From contig CT868666.1 in the NCBI GenBank assembly GCA_000165425.1, positions 62,001 through 126,000 on the forward strand: a stretch of 64,000 bases of DNA. The letters run 5' to 3'. Shown one piece after another: positions 26,740-41,134 of the stretch (its first letter is position 1; every line of letters starts with the position of its first letter). A program made the translations under genes and the position numbers. Origin of the DNA: Paramecium tetraurelia (Eukaryota). The notes beneath the pieces were generated by a model. That model searched no databases and was not told the origin of the DNA. It saw nothing but the letters and a program-made list of their open reading frames with translations.

Positions 26740-27653
26740 TCAATTAAATTACTAATATGATTATGATAACTTTTCCTTCCCTTCCTCCTACTTCCAATTT
26801 TGTTTTGATTTAGTCAGGCGCCATCGATATGCTGTAATCAACAATACTAAGATGAAGGTAATCAAAATTGGAACAAATCTTTTGTAATCAGAAGCAGGAT
26901 AATTCATGACAAAAGTAGATCCCCCAAGAGGAAGATTAGAACTCTCACAAATCACTGCAAAATAGTTATAATTATCGTTAGGATTAATTTTAATATACAC
27001 AGTAGTGTAATAGTTTAGGAAAGTCATCGTATTATACCGAGATTGCTTAAAATTCTGAAGCTTGTCCTCTATTTCTATCGCATAATAGCCCAATTTAAGT
27101 AGCTCCTTATCTTTTTCATGACCAATATTAACAAGGAAGCTTTCCCCTAAGATAAATGTTCCATTTCTCCTGACAATCATAGGGATTTCAAGAATTAAGT
27201 ACTCATTTTCAAGTCTATATTAGACTGATGAATTCTTATAAGTCATAATTGAAGTCAAGTGCTGATCCTTCTCAGCTGTAATCAGAAATGATGATACACC
27301 ATAAAAGTGTCTTTCCTATGATAATAAAGATATTAAACTGAAAATCTATATTGAGGAAATGTGGCTCCACCTTCTGATCCATAACAAGCATACTTTATCT
27401 ATATTCTAGGATTACTAATCACCAAGTCAGTAAACAAATATGTTCCAGGCAAAGGTTTTAGTTCTATAAAATTTCCATCCTAATCAACTCTGGCAAATTT
27501 GATTGGGCCTTGAAATGAAAAAAACTAAACTTCTAAGTTCCAATTGGATTCAACTGTGAAATATTTGGTTTCATTTAATTCTAAGACTCCATAATTATCA
27601 ATTAGACCTGTCATAACATTTGTTATGAATAAAAGGATAAATTTATTAATCAT
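26740..27653 (-). CDS. Type I membrane protein of unknown function
   Basis: Signal peptide MINKFILLFITNVMT, C-terminal TM FVPILITFILVLLITAY followed by a basic tail; length implies one intron. Confidence 0.7.
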
Positions 27654-27900
27654 AATAATGGATTGATTTCAATCTTTACCAAAATATTACATTTTCTAAA
27701 TTAATGTGACAACATGTAATAGTATTCCATATTTATTCATTTGTAGAGAGTCTGTATTAACTGTATATACATAACATTATTTTGTGTGTATCATCACCAA
27801 CTCTATTGCCATTCTTATGGGACTTTATTCGATATATTATATAATATAATTTCAATATATTATATCACCTTTTTAATTTATTATATTATTTATATAAAAA

Positions 27901-30900
27901 ATGCTTCTGAATTGCGTAATTCTTTGGACTTTATTGCAATTCGTTCAAACTTGTATTGTAAAGTTGTCTTATTATCATAGTTGCGAAACCAATTGTTCTA
28001 AAACTCATACAATGTTTAAAATTAACCAAATATCATCCCTTTGGGATTACTATTTAATGGATCATCCTTGCAATATAGCATTTAGAACAATAACAATTCA
28101 CAAGGATACAAAATATTTCAATCTGTTGATCTATTGCAAACTTATAATACTGCTTTGAATGCTATTTAAGTTATCGCGAGTTCCCAATTTCCAATTATTA
28201 CGAATGCTCAGGTGTAAATATAGATTGTTTTCCTCACATAAACATAATCAAATTATTAGTTGCTTAAGACTATTTGGTCGGCCAGTTCAATTGATACTAA
28301 TTACTAGGTCCTTGCCACTCTAACAAATTAATAGAATTGCAATCGAGTGGCTCATATGACTCAAAATGGCATCGTCATTCTATGCTAGAATTAATTAGTA
28401 TTCTATAATATGACGTCAAATGCAATAATATATTCATAGATAACATGGCCTACATTTACAATTAGCTATTATTGGCTTAAAGCAATTAATGATGGTATGA
28501 TCAATAACTAATCTTAAGATACCGTCTATGTTTCCTTTTCTGATGGAAAATCAAGTTTCACTTCCACTAGTTATGTCAACACTAATGGACAGTTCGTTAA
28601 GGTGGATGCAATCAATTATGATGGTATAGTTACTGGGTTTGATGCCTATCCTGATAGTACCTATTTTATTCTCAGAAACTCCATCCTCTCCTACATAAAT
28701 AAGAATGCTCAAATAAACTGCAACATAACATTTAATTCCCAATCCTTCATGAGTATCTTTTCAGGCCTCAATAAATTGGGTCAAGCACACTTCTATATAG
28801 CAGTTATTAATTAGACCAGCCTAACCCAATTTATTTTCAATACAGATGACTCTTTATTTAGTTAACCTTTCCATCAATCCTTCCCTGCTATAGATTTAAA
28901 TCAACAACCGCAACTCTTTAATGATTAATATTATTTCGTCATCTAATATGGATTCAAATATGAGGTTTTCAATGGATACGAGAACCAATAGGTAGGTATT
29001 TCTCCTCTATTCTACCAATCAATTTCCTCAAACTCATTGATTTTGTACATTAGTTACTCGGATTAAATCTTAATTCAGACTGTGACTTAGGCAACCCTGA
29101 ATCAAGTTAACCAGCCAATTTTGGTATTTGAGAAACCCATATTAAATATTTAACAGAATTTTGTCTATACAATTTTCGCAGTTGATACTCTTACAGGAAT
29201 AGATACCTGCTCTTAGAACTTAATGCAAAAAAAAATATCTGCTGAGTTTAATCAAGTTCAATAATATTAAAACTGCTCTTAGATTAATGTCAATTTGTAT
29301 AATCCTCAAATCAAACAAATAGATGTTGGATATTGTGCTTTGGGACCTAATATCACATACTAAGCAGGAACCTTTGTGAACATAGAGGGATTAGGGATAG
29401 ATTCATAGATTGGACAATTTGTAATTGAGGTTGATGAATTAGAATTGTTTTTCTAAGAGTTGGCAATCTATTAAATAAATGAGATTTATACATTTTAGAG
29501 TAACCCCAGAGAGTTTACATATTTCACATATTTGATTAATCCATTAAATAGTAAGCAATACATATAATTAATTTAATTCAATGATTTTCAAGTAGAGTAT
29601 CAAATTTGTGATAAGTGGATATGTCAAAATACTACTGTCATCAATTTGGATTATCAGGTGACAATGTCATAAATAGGAGTTGACATTAGTAAAAAGGAAG
29701 ACTTTATATTATTAATAACCAATGCTGCTACATCATATTAATTGTGCATCTATCAATTTTAGAGCTTACAACAAATTGATTTATAAGTGTTGGATGTGGC
29801 AGAAGATTTGAACATTGATCCAACCTTTTCAATTGTGTAAATAATGCTTTCAGGTCCTTATTTATATTTAATCATTGACAACCCTAATTAAATGGTAATT
29901 TATGATATTTACAATTTCAATTTGGTTGAATTTGATGCTCCAAATTTATAGCCCAGGAAGTTGGAATAAAATTATGCCTCGTATGGAGATAATATCTTCT
30001 TAGACAACACAGTTGATCTTGTCATTTTCGAAATGGTCAATGGTTAATTTACTATTGGGGCTCAAATAGAATATCCTACCAATGCAGATAGTGTAGCCAT
30101 AGGATTACTAGGAGATGGTGTATATATAGCACTCTCAAGTGATACTGGAGACTCCTATTTGTACTATTATTCAAGACAATTATTATTCCAAAGTATAATT
30201 AATCCACAGTACGTAATTCAAATTCCTTTATACAATGCTTAATTTATATAACCAATGATAAGTTCATTTAGCTCGCAATTCTTTTATATTTAAATGGTTA
30301 TGCCTGACACTAGCATTTAACTTTGTATTTTCAAGTCAGATTACTATTTGCTTTACCTTACATATTATTTTAAGGAGTAATTTAATTCAATTAGTGTGAT
30401 TTAAGTTGATACTTTGTAAAATTATGATTTAATCGGTTTTTAATCAGCCTAAGAATTTACGATTCTCTAAAACTATTGGTAGGTTTCAGTCATTTTAAAC
30501 TCGGAATTCTTAGTACCTGGTATCCAATTACTGAATGATACACAAATATTGCTGATTTGCTCAAACAATTACTTAAGTGATTATGCCTTTTCATTTCCAG
30601 TATCTGTCAATAATCTATATTACGACATCTTAAGAACAAATTAATATTACCCTACAGTTAATTAAACAGAATAAAGCTTCTCCATCATGGTTGATCCTTT
30701 GCAGTACTTTTAAGGGTCGATTATTAACTACAATGTGAAATCAAGGGGAAAAAACAATGCCTTTATTAGTTAATACATCATAGATTACTACTTTGATTTT
30801 GAACCAACGATAAATAGTGCAGCTTATTCTCAATCAAGAGAATTAATATTTTCTGTGAACAATCAATAAGCAATTCAATACGAAATCGGGAATAATTAAA

Positions 30901-32123
30901 CTGTGCTAATGTATGAATTCAACAACAATCAATACACAACTTGTCCCCTCATAATTGTAGAATATTATCAATAAACACCTATCTCATTCTGTACTAATAA
31001 TACAGATACTTATGTTTATCTGAGTGGATCAATTATTTATTCGATCAATAGCCTTACAGGGACTCCAATGCCTAATTTGTTTAATGGTTATTATTTGAAT
31101 TACATATTGATCATGGGATTCTAATAGAATTCATTGCCTAATTGTTTGATAATTAATACTTATCATTTAACTTGGGTTGATTCATTTTAAATGATGTTAA
31201 TGGAAAGGACAGAGAATTGTGTATATCAACTCTTCACATTCACTATGATCAACATCAATACTAACCCTTCAAATATGAAATAACTTCAATGTGCAGGCTG
31301 GATAGGAATCACAGATGATATCTCCACCTTCCCATTCCATTATAATTGTTTCAATTTAACAGAACCAAAAATGTAAGTGAATGTTTACACTCCTAAATAA
31401 CTTTTTATTTAATCCATACTCTCCAATTCAATCCAACTAATTTAAATTACTTAAATTGGATTGCCTGTTATCTATTCCAATTATTCTGAAATTACACTCT
31501 TATTTGGAAGTCAAAACAATGCCTATTCATTTTTGGTTCAAATATTCGAAAACAGTGTGGAGATTGGAGATAAACTCTTGATCTTCTAATAATTCAGCAA
31601 TCAAAAGGCTGTTCAAACGGTCAGCGGATATAATAGCCAAGGAAATTTGACTGTGATCTCAATGTTCTTGTAAAAAGTAGGGTCTCAAATATTCCAAACT
31701 CTATGCATATATTAGCCATTCAACTTTAATTTTACTGGTAAACTCAAAGTAATTGAATTCCTATTTTGCAGAACTCTCCACTACTCATTGCCATACACTC
31801 AAAAGTATTCACCCTTCTTGTATTACTTGATTAACAATCTGGTGTTGACCAATTAGCATTTGCTTATTATTTCATAACAACTGGAAATCACAGTATAAGC
31901 GTTTCCTCATACTGAAAGTATTGTGTATCTAAATGCTTCAAATTTTGATTCATTCCAAAATCTAACCATCAATATTATCTAAACTGACTTAGATCGTACA
32001 TATGTTGGATGGATAGTGTTTTCCTTGTTAGTTGTACTCTCCATAGCCATCATTTGGGGCTATCAATATATCAAGAAATTGCGTAACATCAATACTGATG
32101 TTGAAAATTATATTGAATTATGA
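27901..32123 (+). CDS. Large (~1,400 aa) single-pass N/Q-rich membrane glycoprotein
   Basis: Signal peptide MLLNCVILWTLLQFVQT, a 23-nt intron, a long coding frame with many NxS/T sites, TM YVGWIVFSLLVVLSIAIIWGY, and a tail ending YIEL-TGA. Confidence 0.8.
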
Positions 32124-32152
32124 GATATGTAATAATATTGTAATGAATAATT

Positions 32153-32728
32153 TCAATTGCCAAAACCTGAGGCTTCCTTAAAATTCCTCATAACTTAATT
32201 ATCTGAATTGTTATCCCATTGAGCCAACTCAATACGTTCCTACATCTTATTTAAGGTCTCCTTGAGCATGTCTGCAAATTCTAATGACATATCATCAATC
32301 TTCTTTCTTAGTTCTGCAATATCCTGATCTTTCTTCTTCAGTTTCTCCTCATAATTGGCTCGATAATCTGTTATCTGCTATTCTTTGGTTTCTAGGTATA
32401 CTTTATAATATTTTTTACTGATAACCTCATCCTTCTCCTTGACAGTAGAATTCAACTCATTGATGTCCTTAAGTAATTCGTCTTGCATTTGCTTATATTG
32501 TCTATTCATATCTGTACTGATATTGAATAACTTGTCCTTCTCTCCTTTGAAGTCCTTCTCCAAACTCAAATACTTTTATTGTAACTGCATCTCCTATGTT
32601 TTGGAACGATCAGCTCTCATTTGTTCTTCCACTATTCTCATCTACAATCTTTTAGCTTCGAAATCGAGCATCGTGATTTTGGCTGCATTGTTTTATGCTC
32701 CATCGTCTTTCTATTTTTTAGGAGGCAT
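32153..32728 (-). CDS. CCDC153: Coiled-coil protein CCDC153/DRC12-like
   Basis: MPPKKQK...ISTDMNRQYKQMQDELL...KDQDIAELRKKIDDMSLEFADMLKETLNKMQERIE. Confidence 0.78.
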
Positions 32729-32843
32729 TGTTATTTATATAAACTTATAACTTTAATAAAATTATAATTGACATAACAAAATAAACAAAAGGATGTAAAT
32801 TTTATTTAACACAAATAAATATATATATATTGACTGTTATATC

Positions 32844-33903
32844 TCAATGCTTGTGGTGTTTCCTAATAAATTAATATATATTTTAATTTTACTTGTTATG
32901 CTTTCTTGACTTGCTCCTCTCTTTCTCTTTTTCCTTGTCCTTCTTCTTCTTGCTACTCTTTTTCTTACTCTTCTCCCTCGAATTCTCTCTACTCCTCGAT
33001 CTCTCCTTTTCTTTCTCCTTCTCTTTCTTGTCTTTCTACTTCTCTCTCTCCTTTTCCTTCTCCTTCTCCTACTCCTTATCTTTTGCAATATCCTCCTTGA
33101 ATTCTTACTTCCGAGCTTCCTCTTCCAATATCTTCTCCAATACCAATCTTCGCACCTACAACTTTTGCAATTCCACTCTAATTGTTGAAAATCCTTAGTG
33201 AATTCTACCATCCAGATGAGTTCTAAGTAATAATACTAAGATCTATACTTGACTTTGTTCTCTGTCTCGTAAAGAGATTATCTAGCCCCACAAACCTCAC
33301 AAATTTTATATGTTTTAAATGGATTGTTTGTGCCCTCATATGCAAGTAATACATCTTCTCGAGCCTTCTTTAAATTGTCTGCCTCCATGATCAATCTTTC
33401 TGACTCATCTATTTTTCCTTATTCTCCCATCTTCTCACTCTAATCTGTCAATAGATTAATCTATCTTTCCATATTGTCAAGTCTATCTTGAATTTCCTTG
33501 GGTCTATCTGCCACTTATAGTTTACTTGATTATTCAACTTACTCTTCATGCTTGGTCAATATCTTGTCTACTTCCTTCAACTTGTCTTGGATGTAAGCTA
33601 TTATAATTATTAGGTTCATACTAAACCTATCGCTTCTTCTATGTATTTCTTCTCTCTCTATTGCTTCTTTAGACTCCTGTCACTGTTGAATTCATTTATG
33701 AAGAATTGATCATGTCTCTTATTGCATTCTCCCTCATGATCATACTTTGTATGCTTCCAAAGATCATTGAAACACTTCGAAACTAGTATATTCTTGCACA
33801 CATCATCATTCCAATAATGAGCATCATTTTTCCTCTTACTCGCAATCACATTTCTCTCCTTTCCGAAAAGTTCATCAAGGAGTGCTCGAGAATCTTCGCA
33901 CAT
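32844..33903 (-). CDS. LUC7: LUC7-family U1 snRNP splicing factor
   Basis: MCEDSRALLDELFGKERN...DDVCK...C...HD (zinc finger 1), ICEVCGA (zinc finger 2), and an RS/RE-rich tail. Confidence 0.9.
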
Positions 33904-33990
33904 TAATTTGTTAATTTAAATATTTTATTCATTTATACTCTACCCTTCAAAAATGAATATAAATATAGATATACAATAATCTCTTATATC

Positions 33991-36092
33991 TCAAATTAAC
34001 TTTATAGTTGACTCACCAATCGCTAGTATCTTGTCTTAAATAATGCAAAAGTCATAAACTTTAAAAAGTGGAATTTATTTGCATTGATTACTCACTAAAT
34101 CCCACTCATATAAGTTTTATTTCTAGTTAATCACACATTTCTTATCTAAAAATTGACACTTGTTGATCATTTCTCCCTTCGTTTTGCAAATTTAAGCCAA
34201 TTTCAGATCCCTTACTATCCATTCCGATGGCCCATTTAAAAATAAATACTGTGAAGAGAATCTTATCTACTTGATGATGCTCGGTCTGCAATCAGCTATT
34301 AATTTAAATATACAAATATACCTTTCTGAACCTACTAAGATGTCACTACATCCCAAACTTCAATTTGATTTTTGTTATTTAGAACATATAAAAGATCTGG
34401 AGTAGGCATTCCAAATACGTCAGCATTGAATTACTATTAAAATTGCACCTTCAATAACCGCTTAATGTTTTCATCGTAGACGCTTATGCCAGTGCTTTGA
34501 TTCTGATCATCTACCCTTTTAGGTGCGAAGAGATTGAACTATTGGGAAGGAGGATTATGAAAATCATAACTAAATACAGAACGATTCTGATATAATTGAC
34601 AACTCTTATATTTCTCAACAAGCATCTCTGATTCGCTATATTCATTGGTTATGAAGTTCCATTTAACGAGGAGAGGATAAACACTCTTGGAGATCTTGAG
34701 AATACATTATATTGTGGAATCATTGAGGAACATGACAGTCTTGATCTCAAGATTGTCAATTTCCTTTCTTCTCTAGAATTCTAGTTTGTTGTCGAAGGGA
34801 TAAATTTCTATTTCTATGTGGAAGATCACTTCTTCATCATAAAGCAACCCACACTTTTGTACAACAGCCAGAAATTGCTGATTGGGACTTGAACAGCAAT
34901 GTAAGACTTACTTTACTCTAGCTTTGTAAAAGAATTGCTTTTCTAAATTAGCATTTAACAAAATAAAATCCTTTTTAACTTTGTGTTCAGCAATTATGAT
35001 TTCTTAATTCATTGCGATTAGAGAATATACACCTGGACAAAACTTGACTTCAAATGTCTTCGTTTTTGCTCCCGACTAGATATTCCAACTAGTAACTACT
35101 GCATTCTTACTGATTGAAAATAATTGGTTGTTGGTGTAGCATAAATCATGATGAATGTCATCTTTTGATGAATTCAATATGATTTAAACTACAGCCTATT
35201 TATTAGTTTAGAATTTAGTAATAACAATCTGGCCATTTGAAGCAAATGCAACTGAATCATAAGTTATGGGTGTCCAACATGTCACTGCACAACCATAAGT
35301 AGTTTAGAGTTCCTCCAATTAATCATTCACAAAATCAATTATGAAGACTTCGCCTACCTTTTTCTACTTACCAAATACCAATCCATTTTAAAGCATAAGT
35401 AAATCATCACAATCATCAAGTTTCCCTGACAACACTTTTTATAATTCAATCACATTTTTAGTTTTTGGTTCAAAATTGTTATACTTGGGTTCCATTTGAT
35501 TGGGTTTTCCCAAATTGGATGTTCTCCATAACATGAGTTCCCCATCTTAGACACCTATGATTCTAGGTATGTATATGACACTACCTTGGATTAGGATGAT
35601 CTGATACACAAAATGCTGTAAGTGCTTATTCAATCAGAAATGTTTTCTTATTGGTTTCTGGCTCAATCATCATTAAAATGTCTCCGAAAATTAAATAGAT
35701 CTTATCGTGAACTGCCACCATTTAATAAGGCATATTCTCTATTAATCCTTTGTATTCTTTTTTCAATTTCATCTCCTTGTCCCAAATTGCCAATGAGTCT
35801 GCTCCAGATGTATCGCACAAATAGCCATTAAATGCAATGAGGTTGTTCATTGAAGGTTCCAAATAATCTTCGCTAATTGGAATCTAATTGCTCAAAATAT
35901 CCTTACTTAATCGAATTGTTAATCTTAAACTGTGACCTTTAATTCCAAATTCAATGATTCCAATGAAGTCTATTAAAACTATTGACTCTATTTTTTATTC
36001 ACATGAAACTTCTTCTTCTGTGGTATGTCAATGCCAGGAGGTGGGCCAATTTGATTATCATCATCATCACCTAATCCAGGAGGCGGGTTCAT
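33991..36092 (-). CDS. Beta-propeller/WD40-like protein
   Basis: Starts MNPPPGLGDDDD. Beta-strand-rich repeats end in W-D/N/R (LAIWD, LMLWR, VTSWN); short introns; TGA at 33991-33993. Confidence 0.6.
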
Positions 36093-36162
36093 TCAATTAT
36101 TTAATTTATTCTTTAATTACAGAATAGGTACTTGTTATTTATATCTTATTATTAAATAATAT

Positions 36163-38095
36163 TCATTATTTGTGATGTTTCTTGCTCTTATAGTGACTTT
36201 TATGATGTTTCTTTCCTTTGCTCTTAGATTTCTCTTAATCATTAAAATCGTAATTGGGCTAAATTTCTCCTGGTTCAGGTTCATGTTCTTATTTTACATT
36301 TTTAGTTTTCTCTGGTTCTACTTAGCTGAGATCTTGTCGAACAGAGCCTTCCTCTTTTGATTTCTTTTCCTTCTTCTCCTTTTTCTCCTTCTTCTTTTTC
36401 TTCTTTCTCTCACTCTAATCTTTTTCAGAAGTTTATTATTATTATTATATAGGTTCTTCTTGAATTTACGTAGATTATTATTATTATTATTATTACTATT
36501 AGATCTATTGCTATTATTATTAATTAACTATAGGTACGATAGGTATTTGCTAGGATTAGGTTTGTTATTATTATGATTACAGTTACTATAGATTGGCAAC
36601 AAATGATTCATATTGCGCCTTCTTTTGCTCTTCAACCAATCCAGCAAGTTTTGGGTTCTCCTGAATCTTTTAATTGATGATTGGTAACATCTCCTCATAA
36701 GATTTGTAATCAGGCAATGATTTTAATAATTTAATGTATCTTTTACACATCTTCTTATATCGCTTGGACTGAATGTTGGACGACTGCTTGATGTTTTCTT
36801 AGAAGTAACGATAATAATATTTTTTCTCGTGTGATGGCATTTTGGTCCAAATCTGATTATCAAAAAAGTAAGCATCCACTTCCTCAAAGCTAACATTGGT
36901 TAACACCTTGACTCCCTTTTATTAGAGATGCATCTTTAACTCCGATTTATACAACTAGTGGTTCTGCTTTAAATGTGATATGAAATCTAAAAACAACTCA
37001 TGAGGCTGTGAGCCTGGCTATCCGAGCATGCAAATAAATCTATCATCTTATTATATTGTCTATACAAATTAACCCCATTTAGTCTTGTGTGTCAACAAGC
37101 CTTCGGCCAGGTGTTCCTAGAGCAATTCCCTGAAGTTGATCCTATTCTACCTGTATTTAGAAATGATTGACTATCTCCATTGCTCATAGAGAGGATTGAT
37201 GACCTAAATATGGAGAGAATGTACCTCTTCAAAGACTCCGAGAGCATCGATTGGCAACATCTGTTACAAGAGTCTATCCTGACTGAATAACTTTAAGCAC
37301 TCCTCCCAAGTGGAACTATGACTTAAGACTCCTATTTCTATATGTCTTTGTAACCTCTTTCTGAAATCCTCAGTGGTAGTTTTGCGATTCTCCTTCATCT
37401 GCTCTTACTCTTGCTTATATAACTTATCTAAATAATCCTGGAATAAATTTTCCCTTTCCTTTTCATCAGGGATTGCTTTCCATCTTGCATCTGTAACAAG
37501 ATAACTTTATACTTTCCATAACTTTATGTCCGAAGAGAGGATCTTATGTTCCTCCAACATCTTCATAAAATCCTCCTTCGCCATACTAAACTTGGTCTTG
37601 TTCTCCTCCTTCTCTTGCTTTTTCATCTCTTCCAAATATTGATTATAGATCTTCTTTTTGTGACTAATACTCACTATACATTTCCATCTTGAATCGCTTT
37701 ACAATTGCTTAACGACTGAATCCCACTTTACACTAGATGTAATCTTATTATCCTTCAGTAATTGAGTGAATTAGTCAATCGGATTTGGCGGGATGATGTC
37801 CTCTTCCTCTCCTGATCTGCACTAATATTATATTTCCATACGTATATTGCTCCTCTTCTGGCTTCTGCCATTTACTCTCTCTCGTTATGCGATTGTACCA
37901 ATATGGTTTACCATCTTCGGTCAAGTATTATTGCCATTCCTCCTCAACTTCTGATTCCTCATCCTGTAAACATTCTGGCTTGTCCCACTGAGATTGTCCT
38001 GTCTTCACATTGTAGTAATACGTCTGTCCATTCGCAGATGAGTGTTTTGACCAATAACCTCTTTCAATGTCTACTTCCTTCTCTATGCTATCCAT
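36163..38095 (-). CDS. PRP40: PRP40-family U1 snRNP protein (two WW domains plus FF domains)
   Basis: WSKHSSANGQTYYYNVKTGQSQWDKP and a second WW domain (DGKPYWYN). FF repeats such as KWDSVVKQLQSDSRWK follow, then a Gln-rich and basic tail. Confidence 0.9.
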
Positions 38096-38175
38096 TAAAT
38101 TATTTTAATAATTATTTATTACCTGCACCAAATATATGAACTGATATATTTATAAATTCAAAATCAAATAATAAA

Positions 38176-39341
38176 ATGGAAAATTCAAAATCAGAAATTC
38201 TTCATTGGATCAATGCCCTTCTTAAAGTAATACATTCTAAATACAATAGACAAACTTTACCAAAATAGAACAACTGGGCAATGGAGTGGCATACTGCAAA
38301 CTATTAAATATGATTGATCCAACTTGTTTGAATCCTTCTAAAATAGTACTAAAAACTAAAACACAAATTGATCACATCAGCAATCTCAAGCTCTTCCAAA
38401 ATGCTATGTAGAAACTTCACATGAAGAAGCAATTTGATATTGACAAAGTTAGCAAATGTTACTTCCATGAAAATTACGACCTAGCCTTGTTTTTAAAGAA
38501 ATAACACACCTTGAGATTTGCTGGCATAAATAAAGAAAACACATCCATCAACAATTCCATTATCTATGAAAATCACCCGAATATTCTTGAAGAGCAACAA
38601 ACTACTAATAATGCCTTGCTCACCTAAATAGCATCTATTATGCAGACTACAGATTTAGCTGAATCCAAGGTGTTATAAACAATCAATTTATTGAAATCAC
38701 ATAACATTATTAATTAAAGCACTCACTTCATCGAAAATAATACAATGTATGATAGTACCAACAATATATTTAACATGTTTAACAACTCTAATCAAAATGT
38801 ATTTAATACAGACAATCTATTCAAAACAGATTCAAAAAATAAACAATCTCTGGAATAGTAAAACAATTTACTTTGTGAAACTCCAGAAATGCTTCTTGAT
38901 CCTCATCAGAACAATGAGGATATATTTGAACACTAATCTTCATCCAAATTGATAATGAAAATCTAATCATAATCAAAACTTTAATTGGAAATTAAGAAGG
39001 AAACCCCAAATTTTTGTGAATCTCCATTTATTCAACAACCACAACAAAATAGTCTTGCTGAATTCATCAAATCAGAAAGCAAATAGTAATAACAATACAT
39101 GCAATAATACTCAATGCAAAAGTAATTGCAAATGTAAAATCAAATAAATAATAACCCTCCACAAGAATATCAATCCCCATTTAGAGATTAGGTCATTTAA
39201 TAGTAGTTGTCTTAATAGAAGGAAATATTCAATTAGACTACAAATCCTTAAGTGTTTTCCTCGTACAAAAAGGAAACCCCTTAAAATAACAATTCTATGT
39301 TCTATTCCTGTAAGGATTAAGGAGCAATAATTGAAGAATGA
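38176..39341 (+). CDS. EB1/MAPRE-type calponin-homology protein with a low-complexity tail
   Basis: SKSEILHWINALLK[intron]TNFTKIEQLGNGVAYCKLL...NLKLFQNAMQK...ENYDLALFLK matches the EB1 CH domain. Confidence 0.8.
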
Positions 39342-39357
39342 TAATAATATTAATTAT

Positions 39358-39861
39358 ATGATTTTATTATTATTATTTTTTTTAGTTAAATCAGAAGTTG
39401 AAACACAAGGCAATATCGTGTTGTATAGGAAGGATGCCTAGTATACCTACATAGATTTAGACACTTGCCCAATCTTATATTATAAGTAGCCTACATATTC
39501 TTCAGCAACTTTATAATTAACATGGCCACAATTCTGTTAATCAATATAGGTAGCTGATTTCCCTGAACCAACAACCTTGGATGTTATTTAATAAAGTTCA
39601 GAAGCTCAGAAACTATCTACTGATACAAGATATGAGAAATATTACTGCACTGCATTAAAAGAATTATCAGATATAGGTACAGATGCCTGTTGTTGCAAAC
39701 CTGAAAACATAGATACAGAGCTTTCTACTTAGGGATTGACGGCCGTCATCGTAGTTCCAATAGTATTTTTTATTGGCGGATTGATTATGGCAAAATTGAA
39801 TTCTCATAATAGTCGAACAGCATGGATTCATGAATTTGAATAAGCATTATCGAAGGCTTGA
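39358..39861 (+). CDS. Small Cys-containing type I membrane protein (167 aa)
   Basis: Intronless ORF with signal MILLLLFFLVKS, six Cys including CCC, and TM AVIVVPIVFFIGGLIMA. Confidence 0.7.
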
Positions 39862-39892
39862 GTTGATAACATTAAAATAAATTAAAATATAT

Positions 39893-41134
39893 ATGATATA
39901 GTCATAAAAATAATAATACCCTTATTGGTCTAAAATGCTGGAGAATTAATTGTAGGAGAAACAACAAAATGATTTTCAATTCAAATAGGATCAAGAATTA
40001 AGAAAGCAGAGGTATAAATAAGAATTATAAACTGATATGATGCTTCATCAATAAAAGAAATAAGTGTAACAAAGTTAAAATCAACAACTGGAATCTATAA
40101 TGCTGGAAACTTTAAGATAGAGAGAATCCAAGAAATTAAAGGAAATGGAGGAAAGGAAGATCAAGTAAATTCAGACCAGTTTGGATAACCTTAATAATCT
40201 GATGATTAAAAAGAAAATGAATTTGGAGAGATCATATAACAACTAATAATTAGATAAGGAATTCATTAGACAGGAATAGATGAGGGAAATGAAAACTATA
40301 GAGGAAAAAAAATAAAAAAAAGAAGAAGAAGCAAAATTATTAAAAGTTACATACGATGATATGATCAACAATAAAAGATAATTGAGATAGGAGCTATAAC
40401 AAAATGCTCCAACATCCATTCCAACATTAATTAATGAATAAAGTAAAGCTAAAATAGATACAAAGAAATATCAAGTAGAATTATAAAAGCAGCTTGAATA
40501 AAAATAAAAATAATTGGAAGAGTTGAGATTGAAGAAGATTGAAGAAAGGTAAAAAGTGGAATAGAAGATAGAATTCGAAAAGCAAAAGATGATGGAGAAT
40601 AAACTAAAAAATTATCAAGCATATAAATAATATGAGACTGAGAATTATGAATTGTTATTAGATAGAAAATAATAGTAATAGAGTAATCCATCAGAATTGA
40701 AACTACTCCAAAATCCATCTTAAAGCAAATTACCAAGAATTTATTAAGATAACTATTATCCAATAGAACGTAAAAAACAATTAGAATTACTCGATAGAGA
40801 TCTTCTAAAGTATTAATTATTACAATAGCAGCAAAATATTATAAATCATAACCATACAATTCTCTCCCCTGTCTAAGATAAAGTATAAGATGGGACTAAA
40901 TCTGAGAGTTCAAAACAGACTAAATAATCCAAATAATCTAAATAAGCTTCAAATACTTTAAATTAATTAGTTCCATAACAATAATAGCAGCAACAAGTCT
41001 AGGTCTCCACTCCATCTCAAAAATCCAGAAATTCGAAACTAAACCCACAAAACCCGATTGTTCATTTGAATTAAAGATATGTTCCAAAAAAAAGAAGTTT
41101 TAATATTGTAACAGGAATTATCACTCCTAATTGA
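39893..41134 (+). CDS. Q/E/K-rich coiled-coil protein (413 aa), possibly ciliary/cytoskeletal
   Basis: Intronless open frame of 414 codons including the stop, ending ...KKRSFNIVTGIITPN-TGA. Confidence 0.7.

Noticed and set aside
36430..36590. (TTA/CTA)n tandem repeats
   Set aside because: They encode the poly-Gln tract of PRP40 on the minus strand (TAA/TAG=Gln) and are not an independent repeat or CRISPR-like array.
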